DNA of 64,000 nt from an uncultured delta proteobacterium (GCA_963806225.1 CAWDXG010000001.1:992001-1056000); one strand, 5' to 3'. Positions 29,992-40,823 are shown, counted from the first letter of the stretch. Notes: a model not told the origin generated them from the letters alone. Numbers and translations are program-made.

Positions 29992-31257
29992 GCGGGGTGA
30001 TCGAGCAGAGCGCGCTGACCGTGGTCGCGCCGATCCGCGAGGGAGCCGAGGGCGAGCTCGACCGTCTGTTGCGTGGGTTCAGGCTCGGTCCCGTCGATGG
30101 CGTGACGCTGGACCTGCGCAAGGTCAAGAGGCTGCATTTCGGGCGCTTCGTGATCCTACCGGCGATCGAGGATCCGGGGGGTACCGGCGAAGCTCGCCTT
30201 CGAGAGCAACTTCGACCGGTCGCTCGACGAGCACCTCGACGAGCTGTACGCGAAGAACGGCAAGGCGTTGGACCGCATCTTCTCCCACTGTGAAGGCTAC
30301 ACAGGCGGCAGCGGCTTCATGGAGTATGCCAGGAAGCAGTCCGTGCCGAGCGCCGCGTACTACCGCGCGCACGCCGGCCTCGGCGTGAAGCAGATCCGGA
30401 GCGACGCCGCCGTGCGTGACGCGATCGAAGCCTGGCTCGACGGCGAGCAGTGCGCGGGCCGGCTGCAGCAGCTCTCGGCGCGGCAGATCAGGCGTGGCCT
30501 GCTCTCGCACCTGGCGACGCTGCGGATCGACGGCGAGCCGCCGCTTCTGGGTCCCGTCGAGCGCAATCTGCCGCGCTATCCCCGGAACTATCTCGACTTC
30601 GGGCTGGCGCTGCTCGGCCAGCCGCTGCGCATCCTGCGGGCGCTGCTCGGCGCCCGGCGCCACGAGCAGCGGGAGGCCGGCGAGTGGCCCGAGCAGCGGA
30701 AGAAGCTGGTCGAGGACTGCGACCCACGTCTGGACGCCATCCATCGCAGCGAGGACCGCGTCGAGCAGAACGGGCTCACGCACCTGGTTCCGATCAAGCC
30801 GGGCGCGTACCGCCATGCGACGCTCCGCACCGCGCTGTGGGTGGTGTCGTTGGTGGCGCGTTTCATCGCCGTCACGGGGACGCTCGGCGGGCTCGATACC
30901 ATCCACTTCGCGCGCTGGGCCGTGCTCGACGACGATCGCCTGCTGTTCTTCAGCAACTACGACGGCAGCTGGGAAGCGTATCTGGGCGATTTCATCGACA
31001 AGGTCAGTCCCTGGTTGACGCTGATCTGGACGAGCACGCAGTGGTTCCCGCCCACGCGCTGGCTGTTTCGCGGGGGCGCCGCCGACGAGGGGAGCTTCAA
31101 GCGCTGGACGCGGACCTGGCAGCTCGAAAACCAGCTCTGGTACAGCGCCTATCCCCGCCTGTCGGTGGGGGCGGTGCTCGGCAATGCACGGATCCGCGAG
31201 GCCGCCGTCGGAGCACTCGACGACCAGGCGCTCGGCGAGTGGCTGGAGAAGCTCTAG
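29988..31257 (+). CDS. Dyp-peroxidase-associated hypothetical protein with a duplicated domain (+1 frameshift in the G run at 30176-30181)
   Basis: Motif occurs twice: LHFGRFVIL..KLAFESNFDRSLDEHL and IHFARWAVL..LLFFSNYDGSWEAYLGDF. ATGA-coupled to the kinase stop. Confidence 0.8.
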
Positions 31258-31267
31258 GGAGAGCGAC

Positions 31268-32771
31268 GTGGACGAACAGACGCTTTCGGACATCCAGGGC
31301 TTTCTGTTGTTCGCCTATCGGCGGCTGCCGAAGTCGTACTATCTGGTCCTCCACCTCGGCGACGACCCGGGCGCCGCGCGCGGTTGGCTCGACCGGGTCC
31401 GGAGCGAGGTCCCCGGCAGCGCCAAGCACGAACGGGGCGCAACGAAGCGCGTGCACGTCGCCTTCACGGCGCGCGGGCTGGAGCGGCTCGGGGTCCCCGG
31501 CGGGGACGTGGCGGCGGCCTTCCCGCGCGAGTTCGTGCTCGGCATGAACGACCCGGATCGCTCGAAGGTGATCGGCGACCAGAACGAGGACGCTCCGGAC
31601 AAATGGGAATTCGGTGGTCTGGAGACCACGCAGCGTGGACGCGCTGCTTCTCTTGTTCGGTACGGCCGATTCGATTGAGCAACTGCTGGCGGATCACCAG
31701 GCGCTGCTTTGCGACCATGGCATCCAGGTCATCGCCTGCCACGAAACGTACCGTCCCGATGATGCCCGCGAGCACTTCGGCTTCCATGACGGCATCTCGC
31801 AGCCGTACATCAAGGGCAGCGCCAGGCCGCCCCGCTCGGGCGAGCATCCGCTCGAGCCGGGCGAATTCATCCTGGGGCACATGAACGAGTACGGGCGTCC
31901 GGCGGCCTGCCCGGTCGTCCCGGCCCGGTACGGGGTTCCGCCACTTCTCGAGAGCGGAGAGGGCCACGTGCGCCTGGGGCTGAACGGCAGCTATCTCGTC
32001 TACCGCAAGATGGAGCAGGACGTGGAAGCGTTCTGGCGCTACGCATTCGACAACGCTCGCTTGACGGGCACGGACACCGTGGAGCGCGCTGCGGTGCGGC
32101 TCGCCTCCGGGCTCGTCGGACGCTGGCCGGGCGGCGCACCGCTGGTCCTGTCGCCGGACCGCGATCGCGCCGAGCTTTCGGACGAGAACCGCTTCCTGTA
32201 CCGGGACCTGGATCCGCTCGGGCACCGCTGCCCTCTCGGCGCGCACGTCCGCCGCGGTCATCCACGCGACATGCTCGGCACCTCCGCTGCCCATTCGCTC
32301 ACGGCGTCGTCGCGCCATCGCATCATCAGGCGCGGTCGGCTGTACGGCTCGTGGTCTCGAAACGCCCAGCGGCGGACGCCCGGCGGAGAGCTGCTCGGCT
32401 TCCGTCCTCCGGATGCCGCGGATCAGGGCGACAAGTGCGACGACAAGCGGGGGCTCATCTTCATCGCGCTGAACGCCGACATCCGCCGGCAGTTCGAGTT
32501 CGTGCAGCAGACCTGGATCAACGCCCGCCAGTTTGGAAGGCTCTACGACGAGCGCGACGCGCTGGTGGGCGCCGACGTGAGGAGCTACCACGACCTCATG
32601 AGCGGGCGGGACATACCCTGCGCGCGGAACTTCACATTGCAGGGCGAGCCTGTCAGGACCCGCCTCTTCGAGCTGCCGCGCTTCACACGGATACGCGGCG
32701 GTGCCTACTTCTTCCTGCCGGGGCGGAGTGCGCTCCGCTATCTGGCGGGCGCGGGGAGCGCGCAGACATGA
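31268..32771 (+). CDS. Dyp-type heme peroxidase (+1 frameshift near 31628)
   Basis: DIQG N-terminus, EHFGFHDGISQP (GxxDG), NGSYLVYRKMEQDV, proximal His in GAHVRRGHPRD, distal Arg in IIRRGRLYG, GLIFIALNADIRRQFEFVQ. Confidence 0.9.
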
Positions 32772-33625
32772 CCATGAAGGACTTCGACGGCCGCCTGGTA
32801 GTGGTCACAGGTGCAGCGAGCGGCATCGGTCGCGAGACCGCGCTCGCGTTCGCCCGGGAAGGGGCGCGGCTCGCTGTGTGCGACGTGGACGAGCGCGGTC
32901 TCGGCGAGATTGAGCGGGAGCTCGGAGGTCTGTGGAGCGGTGCCATCGTGCTGGCTCGGCGTGTCGACGTTGGCGACATCGACCAGATGCGCGGCTTTGC
33001 CGAGGAGGTCCACGGGCACGGTGTCGTCGACGTGCTGGTGAACAACGCCGGCGTCGGGCTTTCGGGCGGCTTCTTCGACACGTCGCTCGAAGACTGGGAC
33101 TGGATCCTGAAGATCAACCTGTGGGGCGTGATCCACGGCACACGGCTCTTCGTACCGCCGATGATCGAGCGCGGCACGGGCGGGCACGTCGTCAACGTGG
33201 CCTCGGCCGCGGGCTTCTTCAACGCGCAGTCCATGGCCGCGTACGGCACGACGAAGTACGGAGTGGTCGGCCTCTCGGAAGCGCTGCGTGACGAGTTGTC
33301 CTCGAAGAAGGTCGGCGTCACCACGATCTGCCCCGGCTTCATCAACACACGTATCATCCGCACCATGCCGATGCGCGGAGAGCGCGCCAGCAACACCGAC
33401 CGGGAGCGGGTGGTCGACATGTACCGGCGGCGGAACTACGGCCCCGAGAAGGTCGCCCGGGCTCTCCTCTCCGCTGTGCGTCACAACCGGGCGCTGGTGC
33501 CCGTGACACCCGAGGCGTGGGCTCTGTATGCGATGAAGCGCGCGGTGCCCGGGCTGATGCCGGCGCTGATGAAGCTCGGTGATCGCGCCATGTGGCGCGG
33601 ACGCGGTCCGGCGGAGGGTTCGTGA
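32768..33625 (+). CDS. Short-chain dehydrogenase/reductase (resembles the EphD SDR domain)
   Basis: TGAASGIG, NNAGVG, NVASAAG, YGTTK catalytic motif; ATGA-coupled. Confidence 0.93.
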   Translation: MTMKDFDGRLVVVTGAASGIGRETALAFAREGARLAVCDVDERGLGEIERELGGLWSGAIVLARRVDVGDIDQMRGFAEEVHGHGVVDVLVNNAGVGLSGGFFDTSLEDWDWILKINLWGVIHGTRLFVPPMIERGTGGHVVNVASAAGFFNAQSMAAYGTTKYGVVGLSEALRDELSSKKVGVTTICPGFINTRIIRTMPMRGERASNTDRERVVDMYRRRNYGPEKVARALLSAVRHNRALVPVTPEAWALYAMKRAVPGLMPALMKLGDRAMWRGRGPAEGS

Positions 33626-34488
33626 CCTCTGCTGCCGCAGCCGAGCAGGCGACGGCCGCTATCCAGCACCGCCGCGTCGACGTGGGTGGCGTCGAGCTGC
33701 ATCTGGCCAGCCTGGGGAGCGGGCGGCCCGTGCTGCTGCTGCACGGCTTTCCCGAGTTCTGGTACTCCTGGCGCCATCAGCTAGACGCACTCGCCGCCGC
33801 GGGGTTCCAGGCGCTCGCACCGGATCTCCGCGGCTACAATCTGTCCGACAAGCCGCGCCGTCGTTCCAGCTACCGGATCGATCGGCTGGTGGCGGACATC
33901 GTGGGACTGATCGACGCACTCGGGTTCGAGCGCGTACCTGTCGTCGCCCACGACTGGGGCGGCATCATCGCCTACTGTCTCGCCGAGCAGCATCCTGAGC
34001 GCGTCGAGCGCCTCGCGATCCTGAACGCGCCGCATCCCGAGCTGTTCCGGCAGGCGGTACGGCACCCGCCGCAGCTCTGGCGGTCGTGGTACACGTTCTT
34101 CTTCCAGCTGCCGTGGCTGCCGGAGTGGGTCGTGACGCGGCGTCGCGTGATGGAGGCCACCCTGAGCGGCTGGGCCCGGCCCGGCGCGTTCAAGAGCGAA
34201 GACATCGACCGCTACGTCGAGGCGATCCGCCGTCCGCGCGCGGCGACCTCGATGCTCAACTACTACCGCGCCGCGTTCAGCGTCCCGGTGCGCGCGCCGA
34301 ACCCGATCCAGGTCAAGACGCTGATCCTGTGGGGCGACCGCGACCGCGCGCTCGGTCCCGAGCTGCTGGACGGCATCGAGCGCTACGTGCCGGACGTGAC
34401 CGTCCGCCACCTGCCCGACGCCGGCCACTGGGTGCAGTACGACGCGCCGGACGAGGTGGCGCGGGAGCTGCTCGCCTTTCTGGGTTGA
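33622..34488 (+). CDS. Alpha/beta-fold epoxide hydrolase-like protein
   Basis: HGFPEFWYSWRHQ, DLRGYNLSDKP, Asp nucleophile in HDWGG, lid tyrosines SWY / NYYRA, HWVQ; GTGA-coupled. Confidence 0.9.
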   Translation: MTSAAAAEQATAAIQHRRVDVGGVELHLASLGSGRPVLLLHGFPEFWYSWRHQLDALAAAGFQALAPDLRGYNLSDKPRRRSSYRIDRLVADIVGLIDALGFERVPVVAHDWGGIIAYCLAEQHPERVERLAILNAPHPELFRQAVRHPPQLWRSWYTFFFQLPWLPEWVVTRRRVMEATLSGWARPGAFKSEDIDRYVEAIRRPRAATSMLNYYRAAFSVPVRAPNPIQVKTLILWGDRDRALGPELLDGIERYVPDVTVRHLPDAGHWVQYDAPDEVARELLAFLG

Positions 34489-34519
34489 GCAGGCGGCCGC
34501 ACCGCGCGCAGCCGGACGT

Positions 34520-35909
34520 TCAGTCCTTCAGGGAGCCGCCGCGCAGATCGTAGCGCTGCAGGAGCCGGTAGAGGTACATGCGGTCCATCTTGGCCTGCCG
34601 CGCGGCCTTGCTGATGTTGCCGCCCGCGGACTCGATGAGCGCGGCGAGGTAGCGCTGCTCGAAGTCGGAGATGACCTTCTCTTTGGCGACCTTGAACGGA
34701 ACCGACAGATCGACGGTCGCGGTCGTGGGTTTTGCGGGCGGCGAGGTGGAAAGCGAGCGCCGCTCGGACGCCGGTGCCGCCTGTTCCAGCACCACGGTGC
34801 GTTCGACGTAGTTCCTGAGCTCGCGCACGTTGCCCGGCCAGTCGTGCCGCTGCATGTCGGCGATCACCTCGGGCGTGAACAGGTGCGTGGCTTCCTCGGC
34901 GTTCATCGAGCGCAAAAGCACCCGCACCAGGAGCGGCAGATCGCCGAGGCGCTTGCGCAGCGGCGGAATGCGTACCGTCACTACCGACAGGCGGAAGTAC
35001 AGGTCCTCGCGGAAGCTGCCACGATTGACCTCGCTCTCGAGCCGGCGGTTCGTCGCGGCGATCACGCGCACGTCGATCTTGCGCGGGTCGTTCTCGCCGG
35101 CGCGCCGGATCTCGCGTGCTTCGATGGCGCGAAGCAGCTTGGGCTGCATGTCGAGCGGCATCTCGCCGATCTCGTCGAGGAATATGGTGCCGCCGTCCGC
35201 GGCTTCGAACGCTCCGATGCGGTGGCGATCCGCGCCGGTGAAGGCGCCCTTGGCGTGGCCGAACAGCTCGCTCTCGATCAGGTTCGGGAGAGATGGCGCC
35301 GCAGTCCACGATCAGGAACGGTCGCTCGGCGCGCGGTCCGCGCCGCTCGAGCTCCATCGCAACCAACTCCTTGCCGGTACCGCTCTCGCCTTCGAGCAGC
35401 ACCGTGGCGTCGCTGCCGGAGACCTTCTCGAGCACGCCGAACAAGCGGCGCATGAGCAGGGACTCGCCGTACAGCTCGCCGAAAGACGACCACTGCGGCA
35501 CAGAGGCCACCGCGCCGGGCCCGAGCTCGCGCACCCGCACGACCGAATCGCCGAGCTCGATGTGGCAGTCGGGCAAGGGTAGGTCCGCGTCCCGCACGCG
35601 CACGCCGTCGAGGCGCGTGCCGTTCAGCGACCCGTTGTCGGACATCGTCCAACCGCTGTCTCCTCGCGCCAGCCGGCAATGGAACCGGGACACGAGCGGA
35701 TCGGACAGGACCAGATCATTGCTGGAGTGCGAGCCGAGCCGGAACAGATCGCCGTCGAGCACGACCGAGCGCTGGCTCTGTTGCCCTGCTTCGCGTTCCA
35801 CGACCAACTCGAGCCGGGGGATCACCACGGCCGTGGTCAAGCCGCCTCTGAGCGTGGGCAGGGTGCCGCCGCCCGCCCCCGAGCTGCCGGCGCTGTCTGC
35901 GGGGCTCAT
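34520..35909 (-). CDS. FHA-domain sigma54 enhancer-binding protein with Fis HTH (+1 frameshift near 35288)
   Basis: FHA (VSRFHC..GSLNGT), [59 protein letters not shown]. Confidence 0.93.
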
Positions 35910-36072
35910 TGCCTCGATCCTACGCCAGCCAGGCCGCACTGCACCGCCCGAAAAAAATCGAGGGCTGGAGGCAGCAACTGCTGTCTACCGGCAGCAGCAA
36001 TCGGGGGCTCAACGCATTGCGTCGTAACATCGAAATGTAGTGATTCCAGTAGGTTATGGCTCCGCCCGCTTA

Positions 36073-36088
36073 TGGAACGACTCTTGGA
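36073..36088 (+). promoter_or_regulatory. Putative sigma54 promoter (variant -12 box) with upstream GCAGC repeats
   Basis: TGGAACG-ACTC-TTGGA; GCAGCAACTGCTG..GCAGCAGCAA at about 35971-36000; divergent from the FHA-EBP gene. Confidence 0.45.
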
Positions 36089-36100
36089 TGGCAGGGGCGC

Positions 36101-37060
36101 ATGAAGCCGGTGGCAGCGCTCGTACTCGTGGGACTCCTCGGCTTGAGCCGTGGAGGCGCGGGCTACCCGGCTTCCGATCACTCTCCGTCCCCCGTCGAGG
36201 TCGCACCAGCCCGCCCCGCGACCCCGGCGGGGACGGTTTTTCCGTCCCGCAGCATCCAGGTCACTCCCGTCGCGCGCCACGCGCTCTCCGGGGACGCCAT
36301 CAGCCTGACGACCCGCAGCGGCAAGCTCGTCTCGATCCCGGGTGGCTGTGCCTCGGTCGACGGAGCCTACAACGTCACGCTGCACTTCCACGGCGTACCG
36401 AAGAAGGTGGAAGCCGCATTCGAACACGCCGGCGTGCCCGGTGTTCTCGTCGTCATCAATCTGGGTATCGGCTCCGGGAAGTACGAGAAGGCGTTCGCGC
36501 GCGAGGGCGCGCTCGAGACCATGCTGCAGAAGGTCGACGACGTTGTCGGCGAGCAGTGCCCCGAGGCGGACCACCACGTGGGCCGCGTCGCGCTCAGCGC
36601 GTGGAGTGCCGGCTACGGCGCCGTCTATCGGGTCCTGTTCCACACCGACGAAGCCGATCGGGTCGACGCGGTGCTGCTGTCGGATGGACTTCACGTCGGC
36701 TTCGGCGACAAGGGCTACCGGCAGGTCGATCCGCTGCAGATGGAGCCGTACGATCGCTTCGCCGACGAGGCCGTGGACGGCCTGAAGCTGATGGCCATCA
36801 CGCACTCGTCGATCGTGACGCCGAAGTACGCCGACACCACCGAGACCGGCGACTACCTGCTCCGCTCGCACGGTGTTGCGCAAGAGAGCGAGGACCGGCC
36901 CGGGCCCATCAAGGGCATGGTGGAAGTTTCGCACGGCGAGAAGAGTGGCCTCAGCATCACCGGCTACGCGGGTGCCGACAAGAAGGCGCACTGCCACCAG
37001 CTCGACTCGATCGGCACGACGCTGTTCCCGCGCCTGGCCCAGCGCTGGTCAGAGCGCTAG
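36101..37060 (+). CDS. Secreted alpha/beta-hydrolase-like hypothetical protein
   Basis: Signal peptide; LHFHG, nucleophile-elbow-like SAWSAGYGAV, LLSDGLH, late His in AHCHQL. Confidence 0.7.
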   Translation: MKPVAALVLVGLLGLSRGGAGYPASDHSPSPVEVAPARPATPAGTVFPSRSIQVTPVARHALSGDAISLTTRSGKLVSIPGGCASVDGAYNVTLHFHGVPKKVEAAFEHAGVPGVLVVINLGIGSGKYEKAFAREGALETMLQKVDDVVGEQCPEADHHVGRVALSAWSAGYGAVYRVLFHTDEADRVDAVLLSDGLHVGFGDKGYRQVDPLQMEPYDRFADEAVDGLKLMAITHSSIVTPKYADTTETGDYLLRSHGVAQESEDRPGPIKGMVEVSHGEKSGLSITGYAGADKKAHCHQLDSIGTTLFPRLAQRWSER

Positions 37061-38890
37061 CGCGTCCGGACACCTGACCGCGGCCTTCGTCGCCGAGTCC
37101 GGGTCGAGGAACAGCTTGAGCGAGTCTACCTGCAGGTTCCCCTGGAAGCCGGTGACGTACAGTCCCGTGCACAAGACCTCGCGCTTCAGGCCGTCACTGT
37201 AGCGCAGCACGGACGTGTGCGCGCTCTTGCCCGCCGCTCGCACCTCGACCACGACGCCGCGATCCACGAGATCCGGCGTGTCGACGTGGATGCGCGCGGG
37301 TTGTCCGCTGTCGGTGACCGCGCCGATGCACTTGGCCGTGCCCAATCCCTCGATCCGGAGGCAGACCTGTGCGCCCGGCAGAGTGCCGCTGTTCGAGCGA
37401 ACCGGGCCGACCCTGAGGAGCCAGCTCTGATCCACTTCCAGGCCGTCGCCGCAGACGCCCGGACCACAATCCCGCCCCGAGGGGCAGCACGCACAGATGC
37501 CCGCGTCGTGGTCGCAGTTGTCCGGCAGCACGGCGGTCGGCGAGAACACCGGCACCTCGCTTGCCGCCGGCGCTGCGCCCGCTTCAGGGGGGGCCGCGCT
37601 GGCGCTCGCGGGCGGCTCCGCTACGGGCAGCTGCGGCGGCGGAGTCGGTGCGGATCGCGAGCCGGTAGGTCCCACGTCGCGCAGCACGGCGAACGCGGCG
37701 CCGGCGCCTGCCAAGAGCAGCAGCACCAGGCCCACCGACAGCGCTCGACTGCGGCCGGCGGGCTCGGGCGTCGACTGCGCTGTGGGCGCTTTCGGCGCTG
37801 CATGGCCCGCGGCGCCGGCACCCGATGCCGCGGTCGGTTGTGCGGGCGGTCCGGGCTCGGGGTGCCCCAACAGCTCTGTCGGCGCCTGCGAGCGCGGCAG
37901 AGCCGTATCGACCTGCTCCGCGGTGCGCCCGAGCATCGCGCCGGGGCTGGCGACGGCGGTGGGCCCGGAGCCGGGTAGCGAGCCCGGTGCCGCCTCGGGA
38001 CGCACGATCGCGCCCGTCCGCGCCGCGAGGTCGCAGCTCGCCGAGAGCTCGGTGCCGTTCTGGATACGGTCGCTGGCGTCGACCGCGAGACACCGCCTGA
38101 GCAGCTCGCCCCACGCGCCGTCGGGAAGCTGCTCGGGCCAGCTGGCTCCGCTCTCGGCAGCCCGCCGGTAGGCGAGACCGTACTCGACGAGCGAAGCGCG
38201 CTGGAGCCCGGTGGGGTGTGGGCTGCCCACTACGAGCTGCCAGGCGAGCACGCCGAATGCGAACACGTCGACGGTCGGTACCGAGCCCTTCGCCTTGAAG
38301 AACGACGGATCCACGACCTCCGGTGCGAGGAACGCGAGCGTGCCGATCACGGCGTTCAGCGCGGTGAGCGGCTGGGGGTTGCCTTCCTCCGCTGCGATGC
38401 CGAAATCGACCAGCTTGACGGTGGACGGGTCTCCGGGGTTTTCGAAGAACGAGCTCGAAACCAGGATGTTGTCCGGTTTGAGATCGCGGTGCACCACGCC
38501 CTGGTCGTGCACGTAGGCCAGCGCGTGGGCGAGGTGGCGGAGCAGGGCCGCTCGCTCGTCCGGACCGAATCGCGGATCGGTCTTCACCCGGCGCAGCGAC
38601 GTACCGTCCACCAGCTCCATCGCCACGCCGAGCAGATCGCGTTTGAGATCCTCGAACAGGCCCTCGCAGTGCACCAGCGACGGGTGCTCCAGCCGCGTCA
38701 GCGCGCGCGCTTCGCGGCGCACGCGCTCGGCGTCGGCCGGGCGCGCATGCTTGATCTCGACGAGCTTCAGCGCACAGGGCTTTTCGGGATGGAGCGGATC
38801 CTCCGCCTTCCACACCGCGCCCTGACCGCCTTCCCCGAGCGGCTCGAGCAGCACATAGCGATCGATCCGCGTACCGGGGGCGAGCTCCAC
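37049..38890 (-). CDS. Transmembrane Ser/Thr kinase with Cys-rich extracellular domain
   Basis: GEGGQGAVW, ALK, HRDLKPDN, DFG, GTLAFLAPE; one TM; CDHDAGICACCPSGRDCGPGVC. Confidence 0.92.
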   Translation of the reverse strand: MELAPGTRIDRYVLLEPLGEGGQGAVWKAEDPLHPEKPCALKLVEIKHARPADAERVRREARALTRLEHPSLVHCEGLFEDLKRDLLGVAMELVDGTSLRRVKTDPRFGPDERAALLRHLAHALAYVHDQGVVHRDLKPDNILVSSSFFENPGDPSTVKLVDFGIAAEEGNPQPLTALNAVIGTLAFLAPEVVDPSFFKAKGSVPTVDVFAFGVLAWQLVVGSPHPTGLQRASLVEYGLAYRRAAESGASWPEQLPDGAWGELLRRCLAVDASDRIQNGTELSASCDLAARTGAIVRPEAAPGSLPGSGPTAVASPGAMLGRTAEQVDTALPRSQAPTELLGHPEPGPPAQPTAASGAGAAGHAAPKAPTAQSTPEPAGRSRALSVGLVLLLLAGAGAAFAVLRDVGPTGSRSAPTPPPQLPVAEPPASASAAPPEAGAAPAASEVPVFSPTAVLPDNCDHDAGICACCPSGRDCGPGVCGDGLEVDQSWLLRVGPVRSNSGTLPGAQVCLRIEGLGTAKCIGAVTDSGQPARIHVDTPDLVDRGVVVEVRAAGKSAHTSVLRYSDGLKREVLCTGLYVTGFQGNLQVDSLKLFLDPDSATKAAVRCPDALAL

Positions 38891-38929
38891 GGAGCGGAGT
38901 CTAGCTCTACTCCGGCGTGATGTGTCGGA

Positions 38930-39769
38930 TCAGGGCTTCTTGAAGTGCAGGATACCCCAGGCGAGGTAGCCCTTCTTGCCCGCGTCGACCCAGTGGCCGA
39001 GCCCCTGGATCATGCGATCCACGTACGCCGCGCTCGACAGCTTGATCATCTCGTCGTAACGGGACGTGAGCTCCTCGCGCACCCGACCGTAGTGCCGCAC
39101 CAGCTGCTCGGTGAGGTTCACGCACTCGACCTCTTCCAGGCCGAGCTCCCGCGCCGCTTCGCGGTAGAAGCGGAACGAGCCGAGCGAGTCGAGATGGATG
39201 CGCTCGAGTACCGGCGCGAGCAGCGTCTGGTCCGGCACGTCATCGGCCTGCATCGGATCCGTGAAGATGAACTGCCCGCCGGGCCGGAGCACGCGGGCGA
39301 CCTCCTGCAGCACCTTCTTGCGGTTGCCGCTGTGCAGGATTGCGTCCTGCGACCACACGACGTCGTAGCTCTGGTCGGGCTTCGGGATTTCCTCGAAGTT
39401 GGCGTGTACCACTTCGATGAGCTCGCCCAGACCCTGCTCGTTGCTCAACTTGCGGTTGCGCGCGTTCTGGGTCTCGCTGAGGTTGAGGCACGCGACGTGG
39501 CAGCCGTGCGTGCGGGCCAGATACCGCCCCGCGCCGCCGTAGCCTGCCCCGATGTCGAGGACCTGGGCGTTCTGCCCGAGGCCCTGGATCATCGACGCGA
39601 TGCGCTCGACCGTCTTCTTGCTGGCCGCGACGATGGGGTCCTTCTCGCCGTCGTACAGGCCGATGTGGATGTCTTCGCCACCCCAGATATTGAAGTAGAA
39701 CTGATCGGCGTCGTTGCTGTCGTAGTACTTCTCTGCGACCTCGACGACGGATTGGGCTTGTTGGGTCAC
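38930..39769 (-). CDS. sdmt: Sarcosine/dimethylglycine N-methyltransferase
   Basis: YYDSNDADQFYFNIWGGEDIHIGLY, LDIGAGYGG, WSQDAILH, FTDPMQAD, YLAWGILHF; directly downstream of GSMT. Confidence 0.93.
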   Translation of the reverse strand: MTQQAQSVVEVAEKYYDSNDADQFYFNIWGGEDIHIGLYDGEKDPIVAASKKTVERIASMIQGLGQNAQVLDIGAGYGGAGRYLARTHGCHVACLNLSETQNARNRKLSNEQGLGELIEVVHANFEEIPKPDQSYDVVWSQDAILHSGNRKKVLQEVARVLRPGGQFIFTDPMQADDVPDQTLLAPVLERIHLDSLGSFRFYREAARELGLEEVECVNLTEQLVRHYGRVREELTSRYDEMIKLSSAAYVDRMIQGLGHWVDAGKKGYLAWGILHFKKP

Positions 39770-39779
39770 TCTCCGCCCG

Positions 39780-40610
39780 TCATTCGTGGAAGGTCTTGGA
39801 AGCAACGTGGACCAGGAAGTCCGGGTCGTGTTCCTTGTACGTCTCCTGGAAGTCCCCGTACGTGGTGACGTCCTGGAAGCCGACCTGCTTCACGAGGTTG
39901 GTGACGTAGCGCTTCCTCAGCGGGAACATGTTCAGATGGAACACTGAACCGTCGGGGAACTCGTAGCGGAACCGCGCCAGGCCCTCGTCCATGTGCTCCG
40001 GTTCCGCCCTCACATCGTCGCCGCAATAGTAGTACGTGTGCTTCGAGTTGAAGCCGTGATCGAGGATCGCGTCGTAGTTGCGCTGGTCCAGGATCAGCAC
40101 TCCGTCGTGGCGCAATGCCGCATAGAACTCGGCCAGCGCGCGGCGCCGGTCTCGTTCGTCGAAAAGGTGCGTGAACGAGTTGCCGAGGCAGATCACCGCG
40201 TCGTACTTGTCGTGCACGTCGCGGTTGAGCCAGCGCCAGTCGGCATGGATCGTGCGGAGGATGAAGTCCTCCTTGCGGGCGTTCTCGAACGCCTTGGAGA
40301 GCATCTGCGCGTTGCCGTCGGCGCTCGTCACCTCGAACCCGGCCTTGAGTAGCTGCAGCGAGTGGAAGCCGGTGCCTGTTGCGACGTCCAGGATCTTCCG
40401 CTTTCCGAGCCGCTTGAGGAGCTCGATAAAGAAGCTGCCCTCACTCTCGGCGCGGGCGTTCCAGTCGATGAGCTCGTCCCACTTCTCGACGAAGGTCTGG
40501 ACGTACTCTTCCTGGTAGTGATCCGTTTCGCGGACCTTCAGCGGGGCATCCCCGTACTCTTGCCCGCGCTTCTGGCTGTTGTTTTGCGTCGACTTGGCAG
40601 ACAGCGTCAT
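39780..40610 (-). CDS. gsmt: Glycine/sarcosine N-methyltransferase
   Basis: ETDHYQEEYVQTFVEKWDELIDW, LDVATGTGFHS, CLGNSFTHLF, DQRNYDAILD, YYYCG, TYGDFQE; GAGGTGG RBS. Confidence 0.95.
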   Translation of the reverse strand: MTLSAKSTQNNSQKRGQEYGDAPLKVRETDHYQEEYVQTFVEKWDELIDWNARAESEGSFFIELLKRLGKRKILDVATGTGFHSLQLLKAGFEVTSADGNAQMLSKAFENARKEDFILRTIHADWRWLNRDVHDKYDAVICLGNSFTHLFDERDRRRALAEFYAALRHDGVLILDQRNYDAILDHGFNSKHTYYYCGDDVRAEPEHMDEGLARFRYEFPDGSVFHLNMFPLRKRYVTNLVKQVGFQDVTTYGDFQETYKEHDPDFLVHVASKTFHE

Positions 40611-40807
40611 GCCACCTCGCTTTGCATGGAAATGAAGGGATGCACCGACCTGGTGGCCGGTGAAACCGGGGCTTCAACCCCTACGCCCTTTCACACACTC
40701 GTCACGGAGCAGAAAACTCCGCGCGAGCCGCGGCGGACGAAATTCGGCTCTGATAGTTAGCAAGCCTCCGCTCGCTTGTCGAGCCAGCGAAGGAAAATAG
40801 TGGAGTT

Positions 40808-40823
40808 CCGGCTACCTAGCCGG
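40808..40823. terminator. Hairpin/palindrome just downstream of hxsB
   Basis: CCGGCTA-CC-TAGCCGG, 13 nt past the hxsB stop, followed on the minus strand by ..CTATTTT. Confidence 0.4.

Noticed and set aside
30171..30185. Phase variation or programmed frameshift at the G run
   Set aside because: The run is only 6 G, and it fits the window-wide +1 error pattern that also hits housekeeping genes.
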